64,000 nt of DNA, from positions 3,904,001 through 3,968,000 of the forward strand of contig OZ241869.1 in the NCBI GenBank assembly GCA_965202805.1, written 5' to 3'. The position numbers and the translations under genes were made by a program. How positions within the stretch are numbered: the first letter of the stretch is position 1; every line of letters starts with the position of its first letter. Under the pieces are notes generated by a model. That model had not been told where the DNA came from, did not search any database, and was given only the letters and a program-made list of their open reading frames with translations. The DNA is from Longimicrobiales bacterium (GTDB taxonomy: Bacteria; Gemmatimonadota; Gemmatimonadetes; Longimicrobiales; Gaopeijiaceae). Shown in pieces: positions 28,461 through 38,496 of this stretch.

Positions 28461-28700
28461 TCAGGTTGGTCGAATCCTCTTGGCGCAGGCCGGTCGACGG
28501 TGGGCTTGTCGCAGCCGCCTGCGAATCGGGGTCAGGATCTCATCGACCACGTAGTCGGTGGAGAGGAGGTTCCCTCGCTCCTGCGGTAGAGCGAATCGTC
28601 CTCGGCGACACCGTGGGTGAAGATGCCGTTCAGCGGCACGCGCGAGCGCGCAGCGTAGCGCTCATCTGCCGACGTGTTCGCCGACCTGCCGATTTCGATG
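28461..28700 (-). pseudogene. Probable degraded VapBC-type (PIN toxin) remnant
   Basis: Start-less minus-strand frame QERGNLLSTDYVVDEILTPIRRRL resembles the PIN TTDYVxDETLT motif; preceded in another frame by an antitoxin-like tail GVAEDDSLY. Confidence 0.4.
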
Positions 28701-28905
28701 CGGAGGCCTCCTGACTTCAATCGTACCAGGAATCGGTCGGATACCCTGTTCGTATCAGGCACGGTCCATTAGGCGGTAAGATGTCTGTTATTGACGTATA
28801 GACACATGATTTTGACGTTGCGCATCGGACGTACAGTCCTTCTCTTTGCTAGTAGAGTAATCATTTCTCCGTCGATTGCTGGCGCGAGGGGAAGAGGGGG
28901 CCACC

Positions 28906-30168
28906 ATGCAGGCTGCTTTCAGCACTTCGCGCACGGGCTGCCGCGCCGCCACGAGAACGGTAACGCGGAAGTCCGTGAGTGCGGGCCGTCGACCGGCCGA
29001 AACGCGCTGTTGGTGGATCGCCTTGGCGATGTTGGCGCTCTCACCGGTCGGAGCACCCGTCGCCGCCCAGTCCGGCTCCGAAGCCGTCGTCTGCGTGGGG
29101 AGCGAGAGGCGAACCCTCGCGACCAACCCGATCCGCAGGATCTACATGGAAGACATGGAGATCGTGTACCGAATAGGGGTGGACATCGGCCAGCGCGACC
29201 AGATCGAGCGCACGCTCAGCTCGGAGCTCGGCTCCTATCCAGAGGTGTGGTGCGCGTGGTCCGATCCTGGGGACGATCATGCGGTGATCGTCGGCTACAC
29301 GGGCGTCATCCGCCAGGATCTGACCGTGGACCCGGAGGACCCGAGGTTCCAGGCCTTCAGCGTGGGCTTCGGCACGGGCTTCAACGCGGCCGAGGCGCAG
29401 GCGACGACGATCAACCAGCGCTTCAGCAGCCGGTACGACGGGAGCGGGTACGAAGTGCTGTTGAGGGAGACGTGGAGTGTTGCTAGAGAAACCGTGGCGG
29501 AGGTCGGTGGACCGGAGCCCAATCTGCCGGAAGGACGAATCTGTACGGAGGTCTACTCTCCCGAGTCGTGCTGGATGGAGCTGGCGGATCGACCCGGATG
29601 CTATCTGTGGAATCCTGCCCCCCAAGAGAATGTGACGGTCACATGGACGAGAGGATGTTCCAATGGCCTCGCGCAGGGAAGTGGCCAGATTAACTGGTAT
29701 CAGAACGGCGACCTCATTGAGACTACCGAGACCCGTCTTCGGGAGGGCCAGCTGAATGGCTGGACAGCGATACGTGTATACGGAGTTGATGCGTTGGAAG
29801 CCGAGCGTTGCTACGTGAATGGCGAGGTTCGCGGCTGGATAGAGCGCTTTACCGAAAGCCTGTCAGCGGAGCAATATTGGGAATGGACCTACTCTTTCTC
29901 CGGTGGCGAGCGCATAGTGGTCAATATGGAATCGGATGACGTCGATTCCTACCTCCGAGTGTTGCGGGATGACGAGACCGAGATCGGGAGTAACGATGAC
30001 GGTGGTTCTGGAGTGAACGCGCGGGTGGAGTTCCGAGTGCCGACGCCCGGGCAGTACCGGATACGAGCAAGCGCCTATGACGAAGACGATTCGGGATCTT
30101 TCGTATTGTGGGTGGGAGACCGGGATCCCGGTACCATGAACCTTGGAGACGCCTGTGGTCCACGGTAA
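28906..30168 (+). CDS. Secreted modular protein: unknown N-domain, Cys-rich/MORN-like segment, C-terminal PPC-like domain
   Basis: Signal ending VAA-Q; CWMEL..PGCYLWN...VTWTRGC..GLAQGSG; VDSYLRVL...NDDGG...PGQYRIRASAY. Confidence 0.65.
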   Translation: MQAAFSTSRTGCRAATRTVTRKSVSAGRRPAETRCWWIALAMLALSPVGAPVAAQSGSEAVVCVGSERRTLATNPIRRIYMEDMEIVYRIGVDIGQRDQIERTLSSELGSYPEVWCAWSDPGDDHAVIVGYTGVIRQDLTVDPEDPRFQAFSVGFGTGFNAAEAQATTINQRFSSRYDGSGYEVLLRETWSVARETVAEVGGPEPNLPEGRICTEVYSPESCWMELADRPGCYLWNPAPQENVTVTWTRGCSNGLAQGSGQINWYQNGDLIETTETRLREGQLNGWTAIRVYGVDALEAERCYVNGEVRGWIERFTESLSAEQYWEWTYSFSGGERIVVNMESDDVDSYLRVLRDDETEIGSNDDGGSGVNARVEFRVPTPGQYRIRASAYDEDDSGSFVLWVGDRDPGTMNLGDACGPR

Positions 30169-30302
30169 GGCACGAGAGATACGCCATCCGGAATCGGCCC
30201 CCGAGCGAGGCACCGACGGTGACGCCACAACAACCGTCCCGGTGGTGAGCCCTCAACCGCCGACAGTGCGGTCGTAATTATTGGCATCCGTAACGGGAGA
30301 GA

Positions 30303-31055
30303 GTGCAAGTGGTCAAGCTAACGAAACTCAGGTTTCCAAAGACATGGCCTGAAGGTGACTTCTGGTGGGTTCTACTACTAGGCGCGCTCGGCGGTGCACT
30401 GAGCTATCTCTGGGCCCCTTCTGCCGAAAATGCACAACACAGCGAGAGTCCACCACTGTCGCTCCTCGCGCATCTAGCGTTCGGTGCGGGAGCGGGTCTG
30501 GTGTTCATTTACCTTCTGGCAAACACCCAGCGCGACGACTTGGCAAGACTGTGTGCTACAGCCCTGCTAGCCGGATTTGCGTGGGTTACCGTATGGGAAA
30601 TGGCCGCCAACACCATCGATCAAAAGGATGACCAACAGGAAGTAGCGGTCGAGCAGGTAGAAGAGGCGCGTTCACAACTAGCAGCACCAGCTGCGCAAGA
30701 GGGCTCCAATGAAACGATGCCTGGATATCTGGACGCTCGGATTACGGTACCCGGCTCCCAAGTGTATGTTGAGCCCAGTTCGGAACTGACTCTGGGAATT
30801 ACGGTGACCCAAGAAGCGCTATTGTCACTAGTGGTGGATGGGGATACGGATCTCACCGCCAGTCTATTCGAGACCGGCGAGGATGATGCCTTCCCGCGCT
30901 TTGTCGCGTTCAGCGACGATTATGGAGGATCTGTGAATCCTCGCATCAACGAGTTCGTTAGTCCCGGTAGCTATGCATTGGTGCTCCGCTCGTATTTCGA
31001 AGGCGATCCGATTGGCGTAGTCGAGATAACAGCGACTATCGATCCAATACAGTAA
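30303..31055 (+). CDS. Membrane protein with three N-terminal TM helices and a C-terminal PPC-like domain
   Basis: GGGAGA RBS, GTG start; three hydrophobic segments; SDDYGGSVNPRI...PGSYALVLRSY; lower GC than the core genes. Confidence 0.6.
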   Translation: MQVVKLTKLRFPKTWPEGDFWWVLLLGALGGALSYLWAPSAENAQHSESPPLSLLAHLAFGAGAGLVFIYLLANTQRDDLARLCATALLAGFAWVTVWEMAANTIDQKDDQQEVAVEQVEEARSQLAAPAAQEGSNETMPGYLDARITVPGSQVYVEPSSELTLGITVTQEALLSLVVDGDTDLTASLFETGEDDAFPRFVAFSDDYGGSVNPRINEFVSPGSYALVLRSYFEGDPIGVVEITATIDPIQ

Positions 31056-31095
31056 ATAGTTGTCCTATGGAGGCAGCATGCCGTAGCCTGTGAGT

Positions 31096-31585
31096 TGTAG
31101 AACGGTAATCACCTGACAGGTTGGCCTGAGAAGGACGGTGGCCAGACCGGCCTCGCGGAGGTTGATTGAGAAGAGATCCAGTCAACTCAACAACCACGGA
31201 GGAGAACCAGAATGACCACCGTCCAGGCAGAGAAGATAGCGCGCAGGAAGCTGTCCCTGCTACAGCTGGCCCAGGAACTCGGCAACGTCTCGAAGGCGTG
31301 CCGGATCGTGGGCTACAGCCGCCAGCACTTCTACGAGATCCGCCGCAACTTCCAGGTGCACGGCGCCGAGGAGCTGCTCGACCCTGTTGCCCGGCGCCAA
31401 GGGACCGCACCGCAATCGCGTCGCGTCGCCGATCGAGAAGGCGATTCTGGCCCATGCGCTGAAGCATCCGACCCACGGCGCCCAGCGGGTGACCGACGAG
31501 CTGATGCTCAGAGGGCTCCAGGTCAGTTCGGGCGGGGTGCGGGGCGTGTGGACCCGCAACAAATTCCAGACCCGCCACCACCGAC
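31096..31585 (+). mobile_element. IS481-family element, left end plus frameshifted and truncated transposase
   Basis: TGT-starting end TGTAGAACGGTAATCACCTGACA; ATG 31212 RRKLSLLQLAQELGNVSKACRIVGYSRQHFY; frameshift near 31385 into LPGAKGPH..HPTHG..VSSGGVRGVW; no DDE core and no right end seen. Confidence 0.85.
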
Positions 31586-31938
31586 GAGTACTTTGGTCTT
31601 CTTCATCATGGCACCGGTCTCCTGTTCCAGTTGCGACTCGTACGTCGCATATGGCTGGCACCTACGCTCACAGGGGGGCCAACTCACGGGTACTCTGGCA
31701 GGGACGGCCCTTCCATTCGTTCTCGTTTAGAGCTGTGCTAAGGCGTAGTAAATGAGCAATGCAGCATGGTCTGGATGTAAGTCTGGTGACACCTTGACCT
31801 TGCCTGCGAAGAGGGCGTCCATGGCCACACAGCTCGCCTGTGGCATTGACTGCGAAGCCGCGATTGCGGACTTCTGGAACCCAGCGCTGTACAACTGGAA
31901 CCTGCTCGACCAAGAAGTTTTTAGGGATTCGCCGGGCT

Positions 31939-34803
31939 TCATCCCTCCCCCATCCACACATCCTCCACCACGGTGACCATCTCCGTAAACTCCTCCCCGT
32001 CCACGGTGAGGGTCACTCGATACAACCCCGGCCCCGCCACCGGCGCCTGCGGTCCACCAAACCCGCCGCCGGTCGCCTCCTCCGGCATGTTCCCCCGCAG
32101 ATCCCACTGCACCCGGTTGATCCCCTCGTGCCCGGTGGGCTCCAGATCCCGGAACACCTCCCCGGTCGCCACCTCGGTAACCGTCAAGCTCACATCGTCC
32201 GCGCCGGTGTCATCTCCCAGCCAGTAATGAATCGCCGTCCCCGGCAGGGCGTTGTCGCCGACCAGCACCTTGTCGCCCGTCACTGAACGCGAGCGCATCC
32301 GGTTCTGCTTCCAGGCCACTGCCTCCCGCGGCGCGAACAGGTGCGCGTCGGCCTCCATCACCTCGGGCGTTAGCTGCTGGAGTGGCGTGATGTCGTCCAT
32401 GACCATCACGCTGCGGCCGTGCGTGGCCAGCACCAGGTCGTTGTCGCGGGGGTGCACCAGGACATCGTCGATACGCACCACCGGGAGGCCGGTCATTAGG
32501 CGGTGCCAGCTCCCGCCCTCGTCAAGCGAGACGAAGAACTCGAACTCAGTCCCCACATAAAGCAGGTTCCGGTTGCGCGGATCCTGGCGCACCGTGTTCA
32601 CGTTGCCATATTCCGGCAGGTTCGACGTGATATTCTCCCAGCTGGCGCCGTAGTCACGCGTAGCATAGACGTAGGGCGCGAGATCGCCGCTCTTGTGGCC
32701 GTCGACGGAGGCGTAGGCCGTGCCCGCGTCGAAATACGAGGCCTCGATCCGCGAGATGTAGTAGCCCTTCGTCCCTCCGGGAATGTTCTCTCCGACCTCC
32801 CTCCAGCTGGCGCCGCCGTCCCGGCTCACCTGAAGGTTGCCGTCATCGGTTCCCATCCACAGGAGCCCGGGCACCAGAGGCGACTCGGTGAGCGACACGG
32901 CCGCGCCCCAGGCGCTCACGCCGTCGTTGCGCGAGAGGATGCACTCCTGGCCGCGGTCCATCTGGTTGCAGCGGGGCAGGGCGTTGGCCTGGCCCATGAG
33001 CTCGATCATGTCGCGGTCCGTGTTCCTCGACAGATCCGGGCTCATCGTCCAGGTCTCGCCCCGGTCCATCGACGTGAAGAAGCGGTTTCCGCCCGCGTGC
33101 ACGACCTCGGGATTGTGGGGCGAGAGGATGAAGGGCGTGTTCCAGTTCCAGCGGATCTCGGTGCCCCGGTCCGGCATGGGCACGATGTTCGACGACGGGT
33201 TGTTCTGGCTCGGCGCGCGCGGCCGGATGCTGACCTGCTCGCCGGTCGCGAGGCTCAGGCGCCGGATGTTGCCGTTCTGGGACTCGGAATAGACGACGGT
33301 GTGGTCGGTGGGATCGACGGCGGTGTAGAAGCCGTCCCCGCCCCCGACCCGGTACCAGTCCTCGGAGAGGATCTCGCCGGTCCGCACCGCGCTCGGGCCG
33401 CACCAGCTGCCGTTGTCCTGGAGCCCGGTGCACACGTAGTACGGGCGCCGCATGTCCACGGACGCATGATAGGGCTGGCCCACGTCCCATCGCCGGAGCG
33501 CTTCCCAGGTCTCGCCCTGATCGTAGCTGACGTCCACCGCGCCGTCGTTGCCGAGGATGAGGTGGTCGCTGTCCTCGGGATTGATCCAGAGCGCGTGCTG
33601 GTCCACGTGCCCGTAGCCGTCCAGCACCTCGAAGGTCTGCGCCCCGTCGCGCGACTTGTGCACCCTCTGGTCGACGACATAGACGATGTCCGGGTTCGTC
33701 GGATCGACCCGGATCTGGCTGAAGTACATCGGGCGCCCGTTCTCGTTCGAGCGGAACTCCCAGCTCATGCCCTTGTCGCTTGAGCGCCAGATGCCGTTGT
33801 ACTGGGGATCGGGAGGCAGCGCGTCCTCGTCGTCCAGGCGCTCCCACTCGGCCCTCTCCTCGTCCGTGAGAGGCTCCTCCCTGTCCGCCGCGACCTCGAT
33901 CTGCGCGTAGAGGACGTCCGGATCCGCCGGGGTCATGGCCAGCGCGACCCGCCCCATGGTGCCGCGCGGGAGGCCGCTGCCGCTCAGGCGGCTCCAGCTC
34001 TCGCCCCCGTCGTCCGAGCGCCAGATGCCGCTTCCGGGCCCTCCACCCACGAAGCAGCACGCGGTCCGGCGCCGCTGATAGGTGGCCGCGAAGAGCGTGT
34101 TGGGGTTCGAGGGGTCGATGACGAGGTCGGTGGCGCCGGTGTTGTCGTCAACGCTGAGGACGTGGCTCCAGGACTCGCCGCCATCCGTCGTCTTGAATAC
34201 GCCGCGCTCCGGATTCGCGCCGAAGAGATGGCCGTTGGCCGCCACCCAGGCCACATCCGCGTCGTCGGGATGGGCGATCACGCGCGCGATGGATTGCGTC
34301 TCGCGCAGCCCCACGTGGGTGAAGGTCTTGCCGCCGTCCTCGGACTTGTAGACGCCGTCCCCGAACGAGGAGCTCTGCCGGTTGTTGGCCTCGCCGGTCC
34401 CGACCCAGAGGATGTCCGGGTTCGAGGGCGCGACCGCGAGCGCGCCGATGGAGTGCGTTCCGTAGCTGTCGAAGATGGACTCGAAGGTGGTCCCGTTGTT
34501 GGTCGTCTTCCACAGGCCGCCGGTCGCGAAGCCCACGTAGTAGGTGTGCGGGTCGTCCGGATTCACCGCCAGGTCGTCGACCCGGCCGCCCTGCCCATAC
34601 GGCCCGATGGAGCGCCACGAGAAGGGTCGCAGCAGCGGGTGGTCGGAGGCGTTGACGGGGGCATCGCCGTCCTGGGCCGCGCCGTCACCCGGCAGCAGGA
34701 GCAGCGGGGCAACCAGCGCAAAACAGACGGCCAGTGAGCGCAGGCACGCGGGCGAGCCGACGGTGACCAGTAAGCGTGCGGAAAAAAGTCGGGTGCCGGA
34801 CAT
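31939..34803 (-). CDS. Secreted VPS10/sortilin-like (BNR/Asp-box) glycosyl hydrolase-like protein
   Basis: Signal; WRSIGP..GGR; many (S/T)xDxGx(T/S)W Asp boxes; GLQDNGSW; ATHGRS; FlgD-like C-terminus. Confidence 0.85.
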   Translation of the reverse strand: MSGTRLFSARLLVTVGSPACLRSLAVCFALVAPLLLLPGDGAAQDGDAPVNASDHPLLRPFSWRSIGPYGQGGRVDDLAVNPDDPHTYYVGFATGGLWKTTNNGTTFESIFDSYGTHSIGALAVAPSNPDILWVGTGEANNRQSSSFGDGVYKSEDGGKTFTHVGLRETQSIARVIAHPDDADVAWVAANGHLFGANPERGVFKTTDGGESWSHVLSVDDNTGATDLVIDPSNPNTLFAATYQRRRTACCFVGGGPGSGIWRSDDGGESWSRLSGSGLPRGTMGRVALAMTPADPDVLYAQIEVAADREEPLTDEERAEWERLDDEDALPPDPQYNGIWRSSDKGMSWEFRSNENGRPMYFSQIRVDPTNPDIVYVVDQRVHKSRDGAQTFEVLDGYGHVDQHALWINPEDSDHLILGNDGAVDVSYDQGETWEALRRWDVGQPYHASVDMRRPYYVCTGLQDNGSWCGPSAVRTGEILSEDWYRVGGGDGFYTAVDPTDHTVVYSESQNGNIRRLSLATGEQVSIRPRAPSQNNPSSNIVPMPDRGTEIRWNWNTPFILSPHNPEVVHAGGNRFFTSMDRGETWTMSPDLSRNTDRDMIELMGQANALPRCNQMDRGQECILSRNDGVSAWGAAVSLTESPLVPGLLWMGTDDGNLQVSRDGGASWREVGENIPGGTKGYYISRIEASYFDAGTAYASVDGHKSGDLAPYVYATRDYGASWENITSNLPEYGNVNTVRQDPRNRNLLYVGTEFEFFVSLDEGGSWHRLMTGLPVVRIDDVLVHPRDNDLVLATHGRSVMVMDDITPLQQLTPEVMEADAHLFAPREAVAWKQNRMRSRSVTGDKVLVGDNALPGTAIHYWLGDDTGADDVSLTVTEVATGEVFRDLEPTGHEGINRVQWDLRGNMPEEATGGGFGGPQAPVAGPGLYRVTLTVDGEEFTEMVTVVEDVWMGEG

Positions 34804-35096
34804 GACGACCTCTCGCGGCAAAGGCGGAAACGGCGGGTGTGAAAGGTCCTGCCAGTTTACGCGCGCGATAGGGTTCCGGCCATGGAGAGTGAGATCGACC
34901 TGGTTCTGGCGTAAGGGCTCACTCGGCTGCGGTTCGTAGCCACGGGCTGGTGGTCTACAGATCGCTTCGCATCCCTGAGCGGCGGATGGTATCTTCGCCG
35001 CAACCGACCTCGGCCGCTTCGAGGGCACGCGTCGGGCCCGGCGGCGGGCATCGGGCCCGATGAGAAACTCCAACGACACGACCGCGAGAGCCGACC

Positions 35097-36071
35097 TTGC
35101 CCCTCCGCATCCCCCTCATCGCCCTTGCCCTGCTGGCGCTCGTCGTGCTGGTCGTGCGCCTGCCGTCGGCGGAGGAGTCGGCGGCGTATCCGGACGCGAG
35201 CCGCGAGATCCGCCACGTGATTCCGTGGCGCGCGGGCGGGGGCACCGACACCGCCATGCGCGGTTTCATGAGGTGGTTCGAGGAGGAGATCGGGGTCGGA
35301 GTGGTTACCGAGAACGTGCCGGGCGGGTTGAGCTCGGTCGGCCTGACGGTCGTGCAGAACGCGCCCGCGGACGGATACACGCTCGGGACCATGACCTACG
35401 ACGCGCTCACCGTGCAGCTGCTCGGGCTGGCGCCGGTCGACTGGCGGGCGCTGGAGCCGGTGTGCATGGTGACCGAGCATCCCAGCGCCCTGATCGTGCC
35501 CACCGAGCGCTGGGCGGACCTGGCCGCCTTCGGGGCGGACGCGCGCGCGAATCCGGGCACCATCGCGGTCGGCAACGTGGGGCAGAAGGGGGTCTGGCAT
35601 CAGCACGCGGCGGCGATGGAGCAGGCTCTGGGTGCGAGCTTGCGGCACATCCCCTACGAGGGGGGCTCGGGCCCGCAGATCGGCGCGATTCTCGGGGATG
35701 AAGTGGATGCCATCGTCTCCAGCCTGCCGGGAGCGATGGCCTACGTGCGCAGCGGGGAACTGAGGGTCCTCGCGCTGATGGCGCCGGAGCGGAGTCGCCT
35801 GGTGCCGGACGTGCCGACGTTTGCCGAGCTGGGCTACGACCTGGAGTACGGCAGCTTCCGGATGCTGATGGCGCCGGGCGGTACGCCCGATGATCGCCTC
35901 GCGATCCTGGAGAGCGCCTGCCGGACCGCGGCCGAGTCGCCCGAGTTCCAGGAGTGGGCCCGGGCCGGGGCCGTGGGGGCGACCTGGCGCGGTCGAGACT
36001 CCGTGCGCGGGTACCTGGAGGACCTGGCACCGCGCGTCGAGGGGCTTCTGGCGGCCCTGGAGGGTGTGTGA
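35097..36071 (+). CDS. tctC: Tripartite tricarboxylate transporter substrate-binding protein (Bug/TctC)
   Basis: PWRAGGGTD, ENVPGG, ADGYTL, HIPYEGG, PDVPTFAELG. Confidence 0.9.
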   Translation: MPLRIPLIALALLALVVLVVRLPSAEESAAYPDASREIRHVIPWRAGGGTDTAMRGFMRWFEEEIGVGVVTENVPGGLSSVGLTVVQNAPADGYTLGTMTYDALTVQLLGLAPVDWRALEPVCMVTEHPSALIVPTERWADLAAFGADARANPGTIAVGNVGQKGVWHQHAAAMEQALGASLRHIPYEGGSGPQIGAILGDEVDAIVSSLPGAMAYVRSGELRVLALMAPERSRLVPDVPTFAELGYDLEYGSFRMLMAPGGTPDDRLAILESACRTAAESPEFQEWARAGAVGATWRGRDSVRGYLEDLAPRVEGLLAALEGV

Positions 36072-37744
36072 ACGGCGGCCAGGCCCTGGTCGGCGTCCTC
36101 GAGCACCTGGGCGTCGACACCATCTTCGGCCTGTGCGGCGATACGTCGCTGCCGTGGTACGAGGCGCTGGCCGCATCGCCCGGCATCCGCCACGTCCTGA
36201 CCCGCGACGAGCGCAGCGCCGCCTTCATGGCCGACGCGTACGCGCGCCTGAGCGGCAGGGTGGGGGTGTGCGAGGGCCCGAGCGGCGGCGGCGCCACCTA
36301 CATCCTCCCCGGGGTCGCCGAGGCGAACGAGTCCTCGGTGCCGATGGTGTGCCTCACCTCCGACATCGCCACCACCGAGCGGGGCGTGGGCACGCTGACC
36401 GACCTCGACCAGGCGGCCCTGTTTGCGCCCGTGACCCGGCGGGTGTTCTCCCCCACCACCCCCCGGGACCTCCCCGGCATGACGCGCGCGGCCTTCCGGG
36501 AGGCCTCCACCGGCAACCTGGGCGCCTGCCAGATCGCCCTTCCCCTCGACACCCAGGCAGGTTCGGTTCCCGCTTCCGCCGTTCACGGCGACGGCTGCTA
36601 CAGCCGCTACCCCGCCGAGCGGGTCGCTCCCGACCCCGACCAGGTGCGCGCCGTCGCCCGCGAGCTCGCCCGCAGCCGCCGCCCCCTGATCGTGGCCGGC
36701 GCCGGCGCGCTGCGCTCGGGGGCCTGGAACGAAGTGCGCGAGCTCGCCCGCGCACTCGGCGCCTTCGTGGCCACCTCCATTTCCGGCAAGGGGAGCATCG
36801 CCGAAACCGACCCCCGCTCCCTCGGAGTGGTCGGCAGCAACGGCGGGCTGCCCTGGCGCCACGATCTGGTGCGCAAGGCCGACTTGGTCTTCTACGTAGG
36901 GTGCGGCACCGGCTCCGTGACCACCGAGAAGTGGACCCTCCCCCGCCCGGGCGACGCGCGCTTCGTCCAGCTGGATGTCGACGCGGGCGTCCTGGGGCGC
37001 AGCTACCCCCTTGCCGCGGCCATGCGGGCCGACGCGCGCAAGGGCCTCGCCGCGCTCACCACCGAGCTGCACGCCCGGGGCGCCGCCACCCCCCGCCTCG
37101 ACCCCGCCGAAATCGCCACCGCCCGGCGGGCGCACGACGACCGCGTGGCCGGGCTGTTCGCGTCGGACGAGCGACCGATCCGCCCCGAGCGCCTTCTGGC
37201 CGAGCTGCTGCCGCGCCTCCCCGAGCGCGCCATCATCCTCGCCGACCCGGGCACCCCCTGCCCGTACTTCTCGGCCTGGTGGCGCCTTCCGCGCGCCGGC
37301 CGCTGGTTCGTCAGCCCGCGCGCCTTCGGGGCTCTTGGGTACGCACTCCCCGCCGTGGTCGGCGCACAATACGCGCGACCCGACGCGGGCCGCGTCATCG
37401 GCGTGATGGGCGACGGAAGCTTCGGCATCTCCGCCGGTGAGCTCGAGACCTTGGTGCGACTCGACCTCCCGGTCACCCTCATCGTGTGCAACAACGCCGG
37501 CTACGGGTGGATCAAGGCGGGGCAGAAGAGCCGTGGCAGCGACTACTTCTCGGTAGACTTCAAAGACTCCGACCACGCCGCCATCGCCCGCGCCTATGGC
37601 CTGCGCGCGCACCGCGTGGACGATCCCGCGGAGCTGGGTGCGGCCGTCCAGGAGGCGCTCACCGCCCGCGGCCCGTTCCTCCTGGATGTCGTCACGCAGC
37701 CGCTCGAAGAAGCCAACGCCCCCGTCTCGAAATGGATCGCGTGA
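36068..37744 (+). CDS. Thiamine pyrophosphate-dependent enzyme (acetolactate synthase-like family)
   Basis: GTGA overlap; RDERSAAFMADAY catalytic Glu; GALGYALP; GDGSF...NN TPP motif. Confidence 0.9.
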   Translation: MNGGQALVGVLEHLGVDTIFGLCGDTSLPWYEALAASPGIRHVLTRDERSAAFMADAYARLSGRVGVCEGPSGGGATYILPGVAEANESSVPMVCLTSDIATTERGVGTLTDLDQAALFAPVTRRVFSPTTPRDLPGMTRAAFREASTGNLGACQIALPLDTQAGSVPASAVHGDGCYSRYPAERVAPDPDQVRAVARELARSRRPLIVAGAGALRSGAWNEVRELARALGAFVATSISGKGSIAETDPRSLGVVGSNGGLPWRHDLVRKADLVFYVGCGTGSVTTEKWTLPRPGDARFVQLDVDAGVLGRSYPLAAAMRADARKGLAALTTELHARGAATPRLDPAEIATARRAHDDRVAGLFASDERPIRPERLLAELLPRLPERAIILADPGTPCPYFSAWWRLPRAGRWFVSPRAFGALGYALPAVVGAQYARPDAGRVIGVMGDGSFGISAGELETLVRLDLPVTLIVCNNAGYGWIKAGQKSRGSDYFSVDFKDSDHAAIARAYGLRAHRVDDPAELGAAVQEALTARGPFLLDVVTQPLEEANAPVSKWIA

Positions 37745-37779
37745 GGGAGCTGAATCGCGAGGGAGCTGATCGCGTGAAG
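37736..37779. repeat. Short tandem duplication around the TPP-enzyme stop codon
   Basis: atcgcgtgagggagctga / atcgcgagggagctg / atcgcgtgaag. Confidence 0.7.
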
Positions 37780-37862
37780 CAGAAGGGTCGAGTCCGACAG
37801 GGCCGAGCGCGTTTCGGATTCCGCGACTCCCTCTCGGAGAACCGACGCCAGTCTGCCGCGAT

Positions 37863-37910
37863 CCCTCTTTTGTCCGCCAGAAAAGACAAGAAGTGTCAAA
37901 CAAAAGAGGG
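37863..37910. promoter_or_regulatory. AT-rich inverted repeat (11-bp stem with a small inner hairpin) upstream of tctB
   Basis: CCCTCTTTTGT...ACAAAAGAGGG; inner GACA-agaag-TGTC. Confidence 0.5.
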
Positions 37911-37928
37911 GCTTGATGGGGGGTTGGA

Positions 37929-38417
37929 ATGCCTGAGCAGGCCAGTGGCGTGAGCGCGGAAGGCGCCGGTTCTCCTTGGACCGACCTCATCTCCGGCTGC
38001 AGCCTCTTCGTCGTCGCGCTGGCCTACGGCTTCGGAGCGCGCGGGCTTTCGGCGTCGGGGGATCCGGACGTCGCACTCGTTCCCATCGGCCTGGCCGCCG
38101 CTCTCGCCCTGCTGTCGGCCGGCATCGCGTTCTCCGGATGGCGCAAGCTGCGGCAAACACCTGTTTCGGACGCCAGCGATTCGCGCCCCGGCCCCACCCG
38201 CGCCTGGACCGTCATCGGTCTCACCATCCTCTACGCCGCCCTGTTCCAGATCCTCGGCTACGTCCTCGCGACCCTCCTTTACACGGCTGCCGTGGCGGAG
38301 CGCTTCGGCGCCGGCCGGCGCACGATCCTGGTGCTGGCACCGTGCGCGACCCTCCTCATCTTCCTGCTCTTCCGCGTGATCCTCGGCGCCCGCCTGCCCG
38401 CAGGCATCCTTGGATGA
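37929..38417 (+). CDS. tctB: Tripartite tricarboxylate transporter TctB
   Basis: Four to five TM segments, LGY..AT, F..ILG.RLP.G C-terminus; lies before tctA. Confidence 0.85.
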   Translation: MPEQASGVSAEGAGSPWTDLISGCSLFVVALAYGFGARGLSASGDPDVALVPIGLAAALALLSAGIAFSGWRKLRQTPVSDASDSRPGPTRAWTVIGLTILYAALFQILGYVLATLLYTAAVAERFGAGRRTILVLAPCATLLIFLLFRVILGARLPAGILG

Positions 38418-38496
38418 GCCGCGAACACATGAGCCTGAGCGCCGACCTCAGCGCCCCTGATCCCGCGGCCGCACTCGCCGCGCCGCGAGGCGCTGC

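Noticed and set aside
28791..28818. TTGACGT repeated at 21-bp spacing upstream of 28906
   Set aside because: Could be -35 elements or an operator, but no well-spaced -10 box was found; too weak to call.
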